From assembly GCA_963666985.2 (NCBI GenBank), contig CAXXIA010000001.1:256001-320000 (forward strand): a stretch of DNA of 64,000 bases. Reading direction: 5' to 3'. The DNA is from Spirochaetia bacterium. Lineage in GTDB: Bacteria; Spirochaetota; Spirochaetia; DSM-2461. The notes below the pieces were generated by a model. That model was given only the letters and a program-made list of their open reading frames with translations. It was not told where the DNA came from and searched no databases. Positions 30,103 to 39,729 of the stretch are shown in pieces. The first letter of the stretch is position 1. Each line of letters begins with the position of its first letter. Made by a program: the position numbers and the translations under genes.

Positions 30103-31071
30103 ATGCAGAACATCCTTTTCGGTCTCGTTACGGTAGGACCTATTTTTCTCATCATAGCCATCGGTGTTATCGTCAGGCGGGTCGGACTCGTCGATGCCGA
30201 TCTGGCGGGCCGATTGTCACGGCTTGTTTTTTATCTGTACCTTCCGGCGCTTATCCTCAAAACGATGATAGGAACGGATTTCATCGCTTTAATGTCCTGG
30301 AGGATTTTCGCGGCGACCTTGGGAACCCTTTTGGTCGGCTTTTTTCTGGCCTGGGCTGCGGCATGGGCGGCGGGGGCCGACCGTGATACGCGGGCTTTCT
30401 TTTCTTCAGGTTCCACATGGGGCAACGTGGCGATTATCGGTTTTGCGCTTGGCGAAGCGCTTTACGGAGAAGAAGGATTGGCACGGGCGGCAATTTATGC
30501 GGCGCTGGTTCTTCCCATGCATCTGATTATCGGGATTTTAGCCTTGGAAAAGCGTTCGTCCGAGACGAAAAGAGATATGTCCGGTGAGAAAGCGCCGAAT
30601 GCGGCAATAGTGTTTCTCCGGCGTTTGGTTCGGAATCCCATTATCCTGGCCGCGGTCGGCGGATTCGCCTTAAGTTTTTTATCCTCCGGCATTCCCTCGA
30701 TAGCCATGGATATCCTGGATCTTTTGGGACGGGCCAGTCTTCCTCTGGCTCTGGTTTCCATCGGCGCCAGTCTTGAAATCACAAAGGATACAAGGGGATT
30801 GGCCGAACCTCTGGGAGCGGTATGCGTGAAACTTATCCTCATGCCTCTAACGGCTTTGGCTTTTACGAAACTTCTCGGCATGAGTGATGAATGGGTTGGA
30901 ACGCTTGTTATCGGATTTTCCTGCCCGACGGCGATTGCTTTTTTCGTTGTTTCACGCGGTCTCGGACACGATGCGTCCCGCGGTGCGGCCATTGTAACGG
31001 CCACGACTTTGGGATCGGCGTTTACGGCGGGAATTGCCGCGGTGCTTTTGAGAAGCTTCGGACTGGCTTAG
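30103..31071 (+). CDS. AEC (auxin efflux carrier) family transporter
   Basis: PIFLIIAIG, FYLYLPAL, GNVAIIG, NPII, PLALVSIGASL, KLILMP; about 10 TM segments. Confidence 0.88.
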   Translation: MQNILFGLVTVGPIFLIIAIGVIVRRVGLVDADLAGRLSRLVFYLYLPALILKTMIGTDFIALMSWRIFAATLGTLLVGFFLAWAAAWAAGADRDTRAFFSSGSTWGNVAIIGFALGEALYGEEGLARAAIYAALVLPMHLIIGILALEKRSSETKRDMSGEKAPNAAIVFLRRLVRNPIILAAVGGFALSFLSSGIPSIAMDILDLLGRASLPLALVSIGASLEITKDTRGLAEPLGAVCVKLILMPLTALAFTKLLGMSDEWVGTLVIGFSCPTAIAFFVVSRGLGHDASRGAAIVTATTLGSAFTAGIAAVLLRSFGLA

Positions 31072-31184
31072 GATAGGCAATTGCGGTCGATTCGAAAAAC
31101 TGCCGTTCTGCGGACGCTTAAGATAAGGTACGGTTCGGCCGCTGAGTACCGGGACGCCGGTTGGATCTTGGGTATAATTCTGTT

Positions 31185-32441
31185 ATGAAGCGCTTTCGTT
31201 CTTCCGGATTTTTTCTTTTTGGGGATTCGTCCGGAATGTTCCCGGCCGCAGCGATTGCGGCGGGGCTCGCCGCTGCCGTCCTTTCCTTGGTACCGGGGCC
31301 GTTATTCGCACAAGATGGCATTGTCTTTGATGCGGTACCGCCGGGAGAACGATGGACAGTTACAACGCGCTGGGACTATAGGATTCGTATCGACGGACGG
31401 TATAAAGGCCATGCCGACAGGGAATTTCGCGAAGTATACTTCCGTTCTGAAGAAGTTCCGGGCGGATGGAGGATTAATGGCGAAGTTCGTGTCCTTGGTA
31501 ATGCGAAGAAGGATGGATTACCGATTGCGGCTCGTCTTGACGATCGGGAAAACATTGATTTCGTTCTTACGGACAACGGTTCCGTTATCGAAGCGGATAA
31601 CGGATATCCTTGGCTCAGAGGGTTCCCGACTTTCCCGGACAAAGAACTGGAAGAAGGGGATGAATGGGAAGCTCCTTTGGATATTCTTGTAATCGGCCCC
31701 GAAGGAGAAAAAGCCGTTCTGCCTCAAACGGCCTCCTACCGATTCATGGGAAGAGGTTCCCACATGGGGAAGGATGCTTATTTTATCGAAGCCCAATGGG
31801 CCGTTCGGTATCGGGGGGGAAATCCTGAAATCAACGAATTTCTTGAAGAACTTGAGGGTTCCCATAGGGTGAACCTTATCCTCGATGCGCGGACCCGCTC
31901 CCCCGTAATGGCTCGTGATCTTTTAAGTGAAACTTGGCACTGGGCTGATTCGCGTGTGGAGGAACGCGAAGGATTCGCGCTGATTTTTTGGGATGGTGTA
32001 CCGCCTCTGGAAACCGACCTCATCGTTAAGGAAATTGAAGATCATTTCCCCGGAGATGAGTCCGATGAGAATATCGTTATTGAGAGAACGGCGCGCGGAT
32101 TATCCGTAACTCTGAGAAATTTGCATTTTCAGCCGGATACCGCCGTTATTGTTTCCGAGGATTCCGTGTTGCTGGATGAATTGGCCGGGATTCTTGAGGC
32201 AATACCGGAAAGAACCGTTATGGTCAGGGGACATACGGCTGATGTCGGCAGACCGGGCGAGCAATATTCCCTCTCCGAGAAGCGGGCGAAGCATGTGGCC
32301 GACGAACTCAATCGGCGGGGAGTTGATCCTCGAAGGCTTATCTATGAAGGCGTGGGCGCCGATGAGCCTGTCGGCGACAACGGAACCGAAGAAGGGCGAA
32401 TCCGCAACAGGCGCGTCGAGCTGTTCATTCTCGAAGACTGA
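31185..32441 (+). CDS. OmpA-family peptidoglycan-binding protein
   Basis: Signal-like N-terminus and C-terminal OmpA_C motifs LHFQPD, GHTAD, LSEKRA, NRRVE. Confidence 0.88.
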   Translation: MKRFRSSGFFLFGDSSGMFPAAAIAAGLAAAVLSLVPGPLFAQDGIVFDAVPPGERWTVTTRWDYRIRIDGRYKGHADREFREVYFRSEEVPGGWRINGEVRVLGNAKKDGLPIAARLDDRENIDFVLTDNGSVIEADNGYPWLRGFPTFPDKELEEGDEWEAPLDILVIGPEGEKAVLPQTASYRFMGRGSHMGKDAYFIEAQWAVRYRGGNPEINEFLEELEGSHRVNLILDARTRSPVMARDLLSETWHWADSRVEEREGFALIFWDGVPPLETDLIVKEIEDHFPGDESDENIVIERTARGLSVTLRNLHFQPDTAVIVSEDSVLLDELAGILEAIPERTVMVRGHTADVGRPGEQYSLSEKRAKHVADELNRRGVDPRRLIYEGVGADEPVGDNGTEEGRIRNRRVELFILED

Positions 32442-32489
32442 TTCCTTAAGAATATGAGCTTAAGCGGGGCGATATTGAGTGAAATGATT

Positions 32490-32515
32490 AACAGCGGACC
32501 TTTATGTCCGCTGTT
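32490..32515. terminator. Bidirectional terminator hairpin
   Basis: AACAGCGGAC-ctttat-GTCCGCTGTT between convergent genes. Confidence 0.65.
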
Positions 32516-32557
32516 GCTGTATTAGGATTTGGCCGCGACAGGAAAAACGCGGTTTTA

Positions 32558-32752
32558 TTACTTTTTTAACCGATTGCGGCGGGAGGCCATGGCGATGGCA
32601 CGGTCCATTGCCTGATTCTTGGATCTATAAGCTTTATAGTCTTTATCGTTCAGCGTAATAATGAAATTTTCATTGGGTTTCCCGGTATCGTCGCTGAACC
32701 ATTCCCTGATGACTTTCACACCGTTTTCAAATTCTTTCAGCAAATCTCTCAT
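32558..32752 (-). CDS. Small hypothetical protein (64 aa)
   Basis: AGGAG SD before the ATG, protein-like composition, and a downstream terminator. Confidence 0.65.
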   Translation of the reverse strand: MRDLLKEFENGVKVIREWFSDDTGKPNENFIITLNDKDYKAYRSKNQAMDRAIAMASRRNRLKK

Positions 32753-32863
32753 AGTTTTCTCCTGTATACACTCTATCGGCGATTTCTCTTAAAAAATGAT
32801 TTTACGTTACTTTAGAGGATGTATTTCCGTTTTTTGGGTTAGGTTTAAGCCGATTTTTTCAGA

Positions 32864-34399
32864 TTATGATTTTCGATTCTTCTCTTTATTGTTTCTTCGG
32901 CCGTATATTTCGGTTGTTTTCCTGAGAGAGGCCGCTAAATTCGGATCGAATGAATCTGCGGAAGCTCTCCAGGTCCAGTTTCCGCCCAGCGTTCCGGGCG
33001 TGTTGAATCGCGCTTCACTTCCCAGTCCCAGGATGTCCTGAAACGGTGTAATCGCCACATCGGCTACGGAGGCCAAAGCCGCCCTGATTAGGGCCCGAGC
33101 AACTTCTTTCCCCTTTACTCTTTTTTTGAGGCCAAGGTAGTCCCGTGTTGTCCGCCTATCTGATTCCCGGGCGGAATTAAACCAGCCGACTGAGGTATCG
33201 TTGTCGTGTGTTCCCGTATAAACCAAGCAGTGGTTTCCGTAATTATGCGGTAGATAGTCATTCTCTTCGGATGAATCAAAAGCGAATTGGAGAACTTTCA
33301 TCCCCGGAAAACCGCAGCCGGATATCAGTTCCACAACGTCTTCGGTAATAACGCCCAAATCTTCCGCGATGATAGGGACATCGCCCAACTGTTTTCGGAC
33401 TTCGGCGAAAAGTTCTTTTCCCGGAGCCGGAATCCATTCTCCGTTTACCGCCGTTTTTTCTCCGTAAGGCACCGACCAATAAGCGGAAAAACCGCGAAAA
33501 TGGTCGATTCTGAGGACATCGTAATGTTCCAGTTTGTCACGGAGAACGGAGATCCACCAGGAGAATCGATTTTTCTTCATTACGTTCCAGTTGTAAAGCG
33601 GATTGCCCCAGAGCTGGCCGGTTTCCGAGAAATAATCCGGCGGTACACCGGCAACTCGGAGAGGTTTCCTTTCTTCATCGAGCTGGAATAAATGAGGATT
33701 GGCCCAGCAGTCCGACGAATCGAATGAAATGAAGATCGGAAGATCGCCGATAATGCCTATTCCTTTATCCCCGGCCGCTTTCTTAACGGCTTCCCACTGA
33801 CGGAAAAACAAAAATTGTGAAAATGAGTGGGAATCCGTTTCTTCCGCCGCCTCATTTGCAAGGCGGGCCAGAGCGTCGGAATCACGCAGGCGGTATTCTT
33901 CGTCCCAGAGGTTCCAGGGATTGCCTCCGTGACGGTCCTTGAGCACCATGAACAGAGCAAAATCATTCAGCCATGAAGAGGCGTGCTGTTTAAATTCGGA
34001 ATACTCGGCTTTCAGCTCGGCCGGTCCGCCGCCTTTTTGGAAGCGCTGCCAGGCTTTATCAAGGGCTTTTTTCTTCAAGGGGATGAGAGAACCGAAATCA
34101 ACATGCTTTTTCGGTAAGGCTTCAAAGGGTTTAAGATCGGTTTCATCGAGCAGGCGGAGTTCTTTCAGGTTTTCGAGACTGATGAGGTTCGGATTTCCCG
34201 CGAAGGCACTGAAACCCTGGTAGGGAGAATCACCATATCCTGTTGGAACGAGGGGACAAATTTGCCAATAACTTTGACCGGCATCGGCAAGCCAATCGAG
34301 AAACTTCAAAGCTTCATCGCCCAGTGAGCCGATGCCGTGTTTCCCCGGAAGAGCCGTCGGATGCAGGAGAACCCCGCTGGACCGTTCGAATCGTTTCAT
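32864..34399 (-). CDS. malQ: 4-alpha-glucanotransferase (amylomaltase, GH77)
   Basis: RSSGVLLHPT, WQICPL, DSPYQ, GVPPDYFSETGQLWGNP, RIDHFRG, AEDLG, YTGTHDNDT. Confidence 0.96.
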   Translation of the reverse strand: MKRFERSSGVLLHPTALPGKHGIGSLGDEALKFLDWLADAGQSYWQICPLVPTGYGDSPYQGFSAFAGNPNLISLENLKELRLLDETDLKPFEALPKKHVDFGSLIPLKKKALDKAWQRFQKGGGPAELKAEYSEFKQHASSWLNDFALFMVLKDRHGGNPWNLWDEEYRLRDSDALARLANEAAEETDSHSFSQFLFFRQWEAVKKAAGDKGIGIIGDLPIFISFDSSDCWANPHLFQLDEERKPLRVAGVPPDYFSETGQLWGNPLYNWNVMKKNRFSWWISVLRDKLEHYDVLRIDHFRGFSAYWSVPYGEKTAVNGEWIPAPGKELFAEVRKQLGDVPIIAEDLGVITEDVVELISGCGFPGMKVLQFAFDSSEENDYLPHNYGNHCLVYTGTHDNDTSVGWFNSARESDRRTTRDYLGLKKRVKGKEVARALIRAALASVADVAITPFQDILGLGSEARFNTPGTLGGNWTWRASADSFDPNLAASLRKTTEIYGRRNNKEKNRKS

Positions 34400-34557
34400 T
34401 CGGAAATCCTTTTGATGAGCTGAAGCGATTTTTGAAATGAAACCCTTCTAACTTGATTCTAAAGGGATTTCAGCCATCGGTTCCAAGCAATTTCATGAAT
34501 TATGAAATTGCCTTAGCTCATCATAATTATATAGCTTAAGAGCGTGAAGCGTATGGA

Positions 34558-35568
34558 ATGTTATTCATGAACAAACAAAAAGAGAACTTTCCGGGAAGAT
34601 TTTGGGCGGCTCCGATGGCGGAATTCACGCATGCGGGTTTCAGGTGGTGGTGTGAGGAGTACGGCGGCGCAGATCTTTATTTTTCCGAGATGATCGGGGT
34701 GAGAGCCTTAAATTTCGGGAGTGCGTATCTATCGTGGTATACGGAGTCTCTCCCGGTGCCTGAGAAAACCGTTTTTCAGCTTTGGGGTGTTCATGTTGAC
34801 GATTTTAAAAAGGCCGTAGGAAAGCTTTCCGAATTCCCCATACCCGGAATTGATGTGAACATGGGCTGCGGTGCTCCCCAAATCAGGATGAAAGGCGGCG
34901 GCATTACTCTGATGTCCGATGCCGACAGGGCTGCGAGGATTATTGAAACACTTGCCGAGGGACTTCCCGATAAGAGTGTCTCCGCGAAAATCCGAATTGG
35001 CGAGCATGAGGACGAAACAGCCCTTATTTCTTTCGCTAAAAGGCTGGAGAATGCCGGTGCAAGCTGGATTACCTTGAACCCCCGAACACGCCGGGATAAA
35101 CATCATCGTCCCGCCAGATGGGAGTTTGTCCGTTTGCTCAAGGAAAATCTTCGAATTCCCGTTGTTGGAAACGGAGATATTCATGATTGGGAAAGCTTTC
35201 AAAGACGCCGGGACCAATCCGGTGCCGATGCGTTTATGATCGGCAGGGCCGCCGTGAAAAAACCGTGGATTTTTGAATATCTCCGGAACAAAGAATCAAT
35301 TCCTCCGGGTTGTTCGAACACTCATGTTCGGCATATCAACCTTCCGGCCATGGCTTTCTCGGCATTGGACGGTATCGAAAAATGGCAGCCCCCGGAATTC
35401 CAAATCGGTCGGGCCGGGAAATTCTTTTCGATATGGACCGGGCAGTTGATATTCGGTCATCGGCTTCATTCCGCGCTTTGTTCTCTTAAGTCTCTTGAAT
35501 CGATGAGGAACGAGTTGGACGCCTATTTTCAGAGAAATCCTGAAGAGGCCGTTTTAAAGATTCGGTAG
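34558..35568 (+). CDS. tRNA-dihydrouridine synthase family protein (DusB/C-like)
   Basis: APMAE, FSEM, IDVNMGC, SAKIR, GNGDI, MIGRAA..PWIF. Confidence 0.85.
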   Translation: MLFMNKQKENFPGRFWAAPMAEFTHAGFRWWCEEYGGADLYFSEMIGVRALNFGSAYLSWYTESLPVPEKTVFQLWGVHVDDFKKAVGKLSEFPIPGIDVNMGCGAPQIRMKGGGITLMSDADRAARIIETLAEGLPDKSVSAKIRIGEHEDETALISFAKRLENAGASWITLNPRTRRDKHHRPARWEFVRLLKENLRIPVVGNGDIHDWESFQRRRDQSGADAFMIGRAAVKKPWIFEYLRNKESIPPGCSNTHVRHINLPAMAFSALDGIEKWQPPEFQIGRAGKFFSIWTGQLIFGHRLHSALCSLKSLESMRNELDAYFQRNPEEAVLKIR

Positions 35569-35801
35569 GGCGCTAATCTCGTTCACTCTCCACGCTTAAG
35601 AGATTCGTTTCCTCCGGACGAACAAAAACGTTCGGAGGGTATGACGGAACGGTTCGAAAGCATCGAATCAGGAGTCATAATTCGGATCGTTCCTATCGAT
35701 CCGTATACCCGAATTGCGTCTCGGATCACGCGGTATTTCTCATGTTTCTGCGTCCATTACAAAGATCCGCCCCAAAAGAGGCGTTCGGCTAATTATTAGT
35801 A

Positions 35802-35855
35802 GTAAATATATATTTACATACATATTAAATAAAAAATAATTTTATTATTTAATAT
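35802..35855. promoter_or_regulatory. AT-rich palindromic operator candidates upstream of the sulfur-relay operon
   Basis: Perfect 16-bp palindrome GTAAATATATATTTAC (35802-35817) and ATATTAAATAA-N12-TTATTTAATAT (35822-35855). Confidence 0.45.
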
Positions 35856-35934
35856 CGATAAAATATGATATATATCTAATAATATAAGAAAACGATCAAA
35901 GATCGTGGGAGATTACAGAAAGAGGAGGTGGCGA

Positions 35935-36642
35935 ATGGGAGATCAATCTCAGATGGCGGCCGAAGGCGGTATCCGGCGCAGTACCCGAACTCGGGAGAGG
36001 AAGAAAAAGAAGAATCAGATTCCCTTTGGGATCTTGGCGGTTCTGGTTGTCGTCGCCATCGGTATCATTCTTACGCATACATCCGGAACACGTGTTGCGT
36101 TCTTCTGGATGCTGGGCAATATTTTCGGTTTCGTGCTCCAGCGTTCCCGTTTTTGCTTTACGGCTTCGATGCGCGATCCCTACCTCACGGGAAGCACGAG
36201 TCTGACGAAAGCCGTTTTAACCGCGTTCGCCGTTACCACCATCGGTTTTGCCGCGATTAAGTACGGAGCTTTCGTTAAGGGTTTACCCATTCCCGGACAA
36301 TCCTATGTGGTGCCTTTCGGCGTTCATACAATGGTCGGTGCTTTCATGTTCGGCATCGGCATGGTTATCGCCGGCGGATGCGCGTCGGGAACTCTGATGC
36401 GTGTGGGAGAGGGCTTCGGCATGCAGATTCTCTCGCTGTTTTTCTTCATCGTCGGTTCGCTGCTTGGCGCAGCGACATTCGGCTGGTGGAAGCTGACGTT
36501 CATCGTCAGGAGTCCGAAGGTGTTTCTGCCCGATGTTTTCGGATGGATCGGTGCCGTAGTGATTCAGCTGCTGATTATCGCCTTGCTCTGGATAGCGGCG
36601 GATAAATGGGCAAAACATAAAAATGCTTCGGGTGCGCATTAA
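35935..36642 (+). CDS. YeeE/YedE sulfur-compound transporter, first half
   Basis: GFVLQRSRFCF and FGIGMVIAGGCASG. AGGAGG SD supports ATG 35935. Confidence 0.9.
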   Translation: MGDQSQMAAEGGIRRSTRTRERKKKKNQIPFGILAVLVVVAIGIILTHTSGTRVAFFWMLGNIFGFVLQRSRFCFTASMRDPYLTGSTSLTKAVLTAFAVTTIGFAAIKYGAFVKGLPIPGQSYVVPFGVHTMVGAFMFGIGMVIAGGCASGTLMRVGEGFGMQILSLFFFIVGSLLGAATFGWWKLTFIVRSPKVFLPDVFGWIGAVVIQLLIIALLWIAADKWAKHKNASGAH

Positions 36643-36673
36643 CTGAATAAGTTATTTATATAAGGAGATTTAT

Positions 36674-36904
36674 ATGAGTAAAGAAGTTGAATTGGACTGC
36701 ATGGGCGAAGCCTGTCCCGTTCCTCTGATTAAAGCCGAGAAGGCTCTGGCCGACTTGGATGTCGGAGATATTCTCATCGTTCTGATCGATCACAGCTGTG
36801 CGATGAAGAATGTTCCCGAGTGGGCTCGTGAGCAGGGACACAATGTGGAACTTGAGGAAGTCGACGACGGCGAATGGGAAGTCGTCATTGAAAAGGTGAA
36901 ATAG
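36674..36904 (+). CDS. TusA/YeeD-family sulfur carrier
   Basis: LDCMGEACPVPL (CPxP) and DHSCAMKNVPEW. SD AAGGAG. Confidence 0.92.
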   Translation: MSKEVELDCMGEACPVPLIKAEKALADLDVGDILIVLIDHSCAMKNVPEWAREQGHNVELEEVDDGEWEVVIEKVK

Positions 36905-36923
36905 GTTTCCCCTCAAGTCATCG

Positions 36924-36955
36924 GATGCCGGGGGCGTCTCGGCGGTCCCGGCATC
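36924..36955 (+). other. Intercistronic GC-rich hairpin
   Basis: GATGCCGGG...CCCGGCATC between the tusA-like gene and the second YeeE half. Confidence 0.55.
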
Positions 36956-36989
36956 TCGAAGAATTTCCAACGCGTTCATTGAGGATATT

Positions 36990-37538
36990 ATGAAGAGATT
37001 TTTCGAAAATATAAAAACCAACGATTACTACAAGGCTTGGCTGAAGGACGCTTGGCCTTATTTAACCGGAGCGGTCCTTCTTTCGATTTTCCAGATTGTT
37101 TCATTGGCGGGAACGGGATCTCCTTGGGGGGTATCCGGAACATTGGCCGATTGGGGCGCTTGGCTTTATCAGCTTGTCGGCGGCTCCGTGGAAAAGTGGT
37201 ACTATTTTTCTTCGGAAGCCGTTCAGGCGAAATTGGCGGCCGGTCCCTTATCCGATCCGGGGACTCTGCGCAATCTCGGCATCATAACAGGAGCCTTATC
37301 CGCGACTCTTATCGCCAGCGGCTTTAAATTCAAAAAGATCAAATCCTGGAAACAAGTTGCGGCGGCTGTGCTCGGCGGTCTTCTCATGGGATACGGAGCC
37401 CGTATCGCCTTCGGATGCAACATCGGAGCATTGTTCAGCGGGATTTCTTCCATGTCCGTATCCGGTTGGGTTTACGCGCTTTTTATGTTCCCCGGAGCCG
37501 TCGTAGGCAGCAAATTGCTGGTTAAGTATTTCATGTAA
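36990..37538 (+). CDS. YeeE/YedE sulfur-compound transporter, second half
   Basis: PWGVSG and GGLLMGYGARIAFGCNIGA. Confidence 0.9.
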   Translation: MKRFFENIKTNDYYKAWLKDAWPYLTGAVLLSIFQIVSLAGTGSPWGVSGTLADWGAWLYQLVGGSVEKWYYFSSEAVQAKLAAGPLSDPGTLRNLGIITGALSATLIASGFKFKKIKSWKQVAAAVLGGLLMGYGARIAFGCNIGALFSGISSMSVSGWVYALFMFPGAVVGSKLLVKYFM

Positions 37539-37551
37539 CGGGGAATAGAAT

Positions 37552-38796
37552 ATGAGAGAGAAAACAAGAGAACGATACGACGTTGTTATTATCGGTGGCG
37601 GCGCGGCCGGTCTTACCGCCGGAATTTACTGCGGCAGGGCCCGCCTTAATACTTTGCTTATTGAAAAAGCCCTTATCGGCGGTTTGGCTACGTATACCAG
37701 CGAAATTGAAAATTATTCCGGATTTCCTGGTGGGGCTTCCGGTCTCGATTTGATGAATCTTTTCAAAGATCAAGCTAAGAAATTCAATGTCCGTATTAAA
37801 GGAACGGATGTGAAAGAAGTGAATTTCGAGAGTGAATGGAAAGAAGTTCATACCTTCCGAAACATATTCGAAGCGAGAACAGTCATTATTGCATCCGGTG
37901 GCAGACCTCGGGTGACCGGCGGCATTGATGAAGAAAAATACCTTTTCGATAAAGGCATCAGTTTCTGCGCAACCTGCGACGCCGCAGCCAATGAAGGCAA
38001 GACGGTCATGATTATCGGTTCCGGGGATGCGGCTATAGAAGAGGGAATCTTCTTAACGAAATTTGCCAAGGAAGTGATTGTCAGCGTTATTCACGACGAG
38101 GGCAAGATGGATTGTAACGAGATTGCCCGTGAGCAGGCGCTGAATAATCCGAAAATGAGTTTCGCCTGGAACACCATGGTTCATTCCTTTAAAGGGGATG
38201 GCCATCTGAATACGGTCGTACTGAAAAACTTGAAGACAGGCGAGCTTCAGGATTATCCGGTCGATACATGTTTTGAATTCATCGGCTATATCCCCAATAC
38301 GGAAATCTTTAAAGATATTCTGGATCTTTCAAAGCAGGGCTACATCATCACGAATGAATTGATGGAAACCAAAATCCCCGGAGTATTCGCCGCCGGAGAT
38401 GTCCGGGAAAAATGGCTTAAACAGGTTGCGACCGCCGTGGGCGATGGAGCCATCGCCGGAGTGGGCGCCGAGAAATATATCGCCGATTCCGAAATTTTCG
38501 AGAACCAGATCATGCAGGCCGAAAAGCCCGGATTCATCTACGTTTATTCCGCCATCGACGATCCCAGCCGCGAACTGCTTCCCATGATGACGGAGATTGA
38601 ACAGTCTTACGGAGGCAAAGTGAAGCTCAGCGTTATTGATCTTTATAAGGGCAAGAAACTCTGCGACAGACTGGCCTGCGACGCGGAACCCATGACGATG
38701 TTTTACACGCTGAATGGTGAACTTGCGGCCACTGAGACCGAATGTGACAGACCGCATATTGAGGCCAGGCTCAATAAGCTTTTGGAAGAAGCCTAG
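37552..38796 (+). CDS. trxB: Thioredoxin reductase-like flavoprotein with a C-terminal extension
   Basis: IIGGGAAG, IENYSG, CATCD, GSGDAAIEEG, FAAGD, TAVGDGA, plus ~100 extra C-terminal residues. Confidence 0.88.
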   Translation: MREKTRERYDVVIIGGGAAGLTAGIYCGRARLNTLLIEKALIGGLATYTSEIENYSGFPGGASGLDLMNLFKDQAKKFNVRIKGTDVKEVNFESEWKEVHTFRNIFEARTVIIASGGRPRVTGGIDEEKYLFDKGISFCATCDAAANEGKTVMIIGSGDAAIEEGIFLTKFAKEVIVSVIHDEGKMDCNEIAREQALNNPKMSFAWNTMVHSFKGDGHLNTVVLKNLKTGELQDYPVDTCFEFIGYIPNTEIFKDILDLSKQGYIITNELMETKIPGVFAAGDVREKWLKQVATAVGDGAIAGVGAEKYIADSEIFENQIMQAEKPGFIYVYSAIDDPSRELLPMMTEIEQSYGGKVKLSVIDLYKGKKLCDRLACDAEPMTMFYTLNGELAATETECDRPHIEARLNKLLEEA

Positions 38797-38806
38797 GAGG
38801 TTGGAT

Positions 38807-39709
38807 ATGAAAAAAGCGATCTTTATACTCTCCGCCGCCGCCGTTCTTCTGTTAATGAGCTGCGCTCCCCCTCCCGGGGGCGGGAAAGGGACTGAAATCA
38901 TAAGCGCGCAGCAGGCTCTGACGCTTTTAAAGAGCGGTAATGTCGTTCTTGTAGATGCGGATACGGGAGTGAATTATAAGAAGCGTCACGTGGAGGGTGC
39001 CGTTAATATTCCAAGGCCCGCCATCGTCGTCAATAATCCCGTACCGAATATGCTGGCTCCCGCCGATCAAATTGAGCGTGTTCTGAGTGCCGCGGGAATA
39101 GGCAATGATACGTTGATTCTCGCCTACGACGATAACAAAAATATGGATTCGGCTCGATTATGGTTTACCGTGAAAGTTTACGGACATGACAAGGTTAAGG
39201 TTGTTTCAGGAGGTTTTACAGCGTTAACCGAAGCCGGCGCGGCGGTTACTTCCGCGATTCCGGAAGTCGCTCCCGCGTCTTTTTCAGCCGGCCCTCTTCG
39301 TGAAGATATGCTGATCAGCGGAAAAGAAATTCGGAAGCGAGTGGAAAATCCCCCCGGGAAATATGTCTTAATTGATACACGCAGCCTTCAGGAATACAAC
39401 GAGGGCACCATTCCCGGTGCGCTGCAGCTGGATTTCAGCGGGAATAATTTTTCGGACGGTACTTACAAGCCGGTTAATCAAATTCGAATACGCTATCTCG
39501 AAGAAAAAATCGATTACGACGATGAAATAGACATGTTCTGCAAAACTTCGATTCGCGGAGCCCAGACCTATCTTGCATTGTATAACGCCGGTTATCGAAA
39601 CTTAAAATTGTATGACGGGGCATGGGTTGAATGGGTCTCCAATCCCATGAATCCGGTTTTTATTCCCGAAGGAGCGGCATTGAAATTGGATGCCTCCGAT
39701 CAATCATAG
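38807..39709 (+). CDS. Tandem-domain rhodanese (sulfurtransferase) lipoprotein
   Basis: Lipobox LMSC, ARLWF, GTIPGA, active loop CKTSIRG, LYDGAWVEW. AGGAGG SD. Confidence 0.9.
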   Translation: MKKAIFILSAAAVLLLMSCAPPPGGGKGTEIISAQQALTLLKSGNVVLVDADTGVNYKKRHVEGAVNIPRPAIVVNNPVPNMLAPADQIERVLSAAGIGNDTLILAYDDNKNMDSARLWFTVKVYGHDKVKVVSGGFTALTEAGAAVTSAIPEVAPASFSAGPLREDMLISGKEIRKRVENPPGKYVLIDTRSLQEYNEGTIPGALQLDFSGNNFSDGTYKPVNQIRIRYLEEKIDYDDEIDMFCKTSIRGAQTYLALYNAGYRNLKLYDGAWVEWVSNPMNPVFIPEGAALKLDASDQS

Positions 39710-39729
39710 GAAATTAAAGGAGATTTATC

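Noticed and set aside
23377..35568. Two Dus paralogues and an archaeal-type cmk as anomalies
   Set aside because: Multiple Dus enzymes are normal, and this cmk type is expected in spirochaetes.
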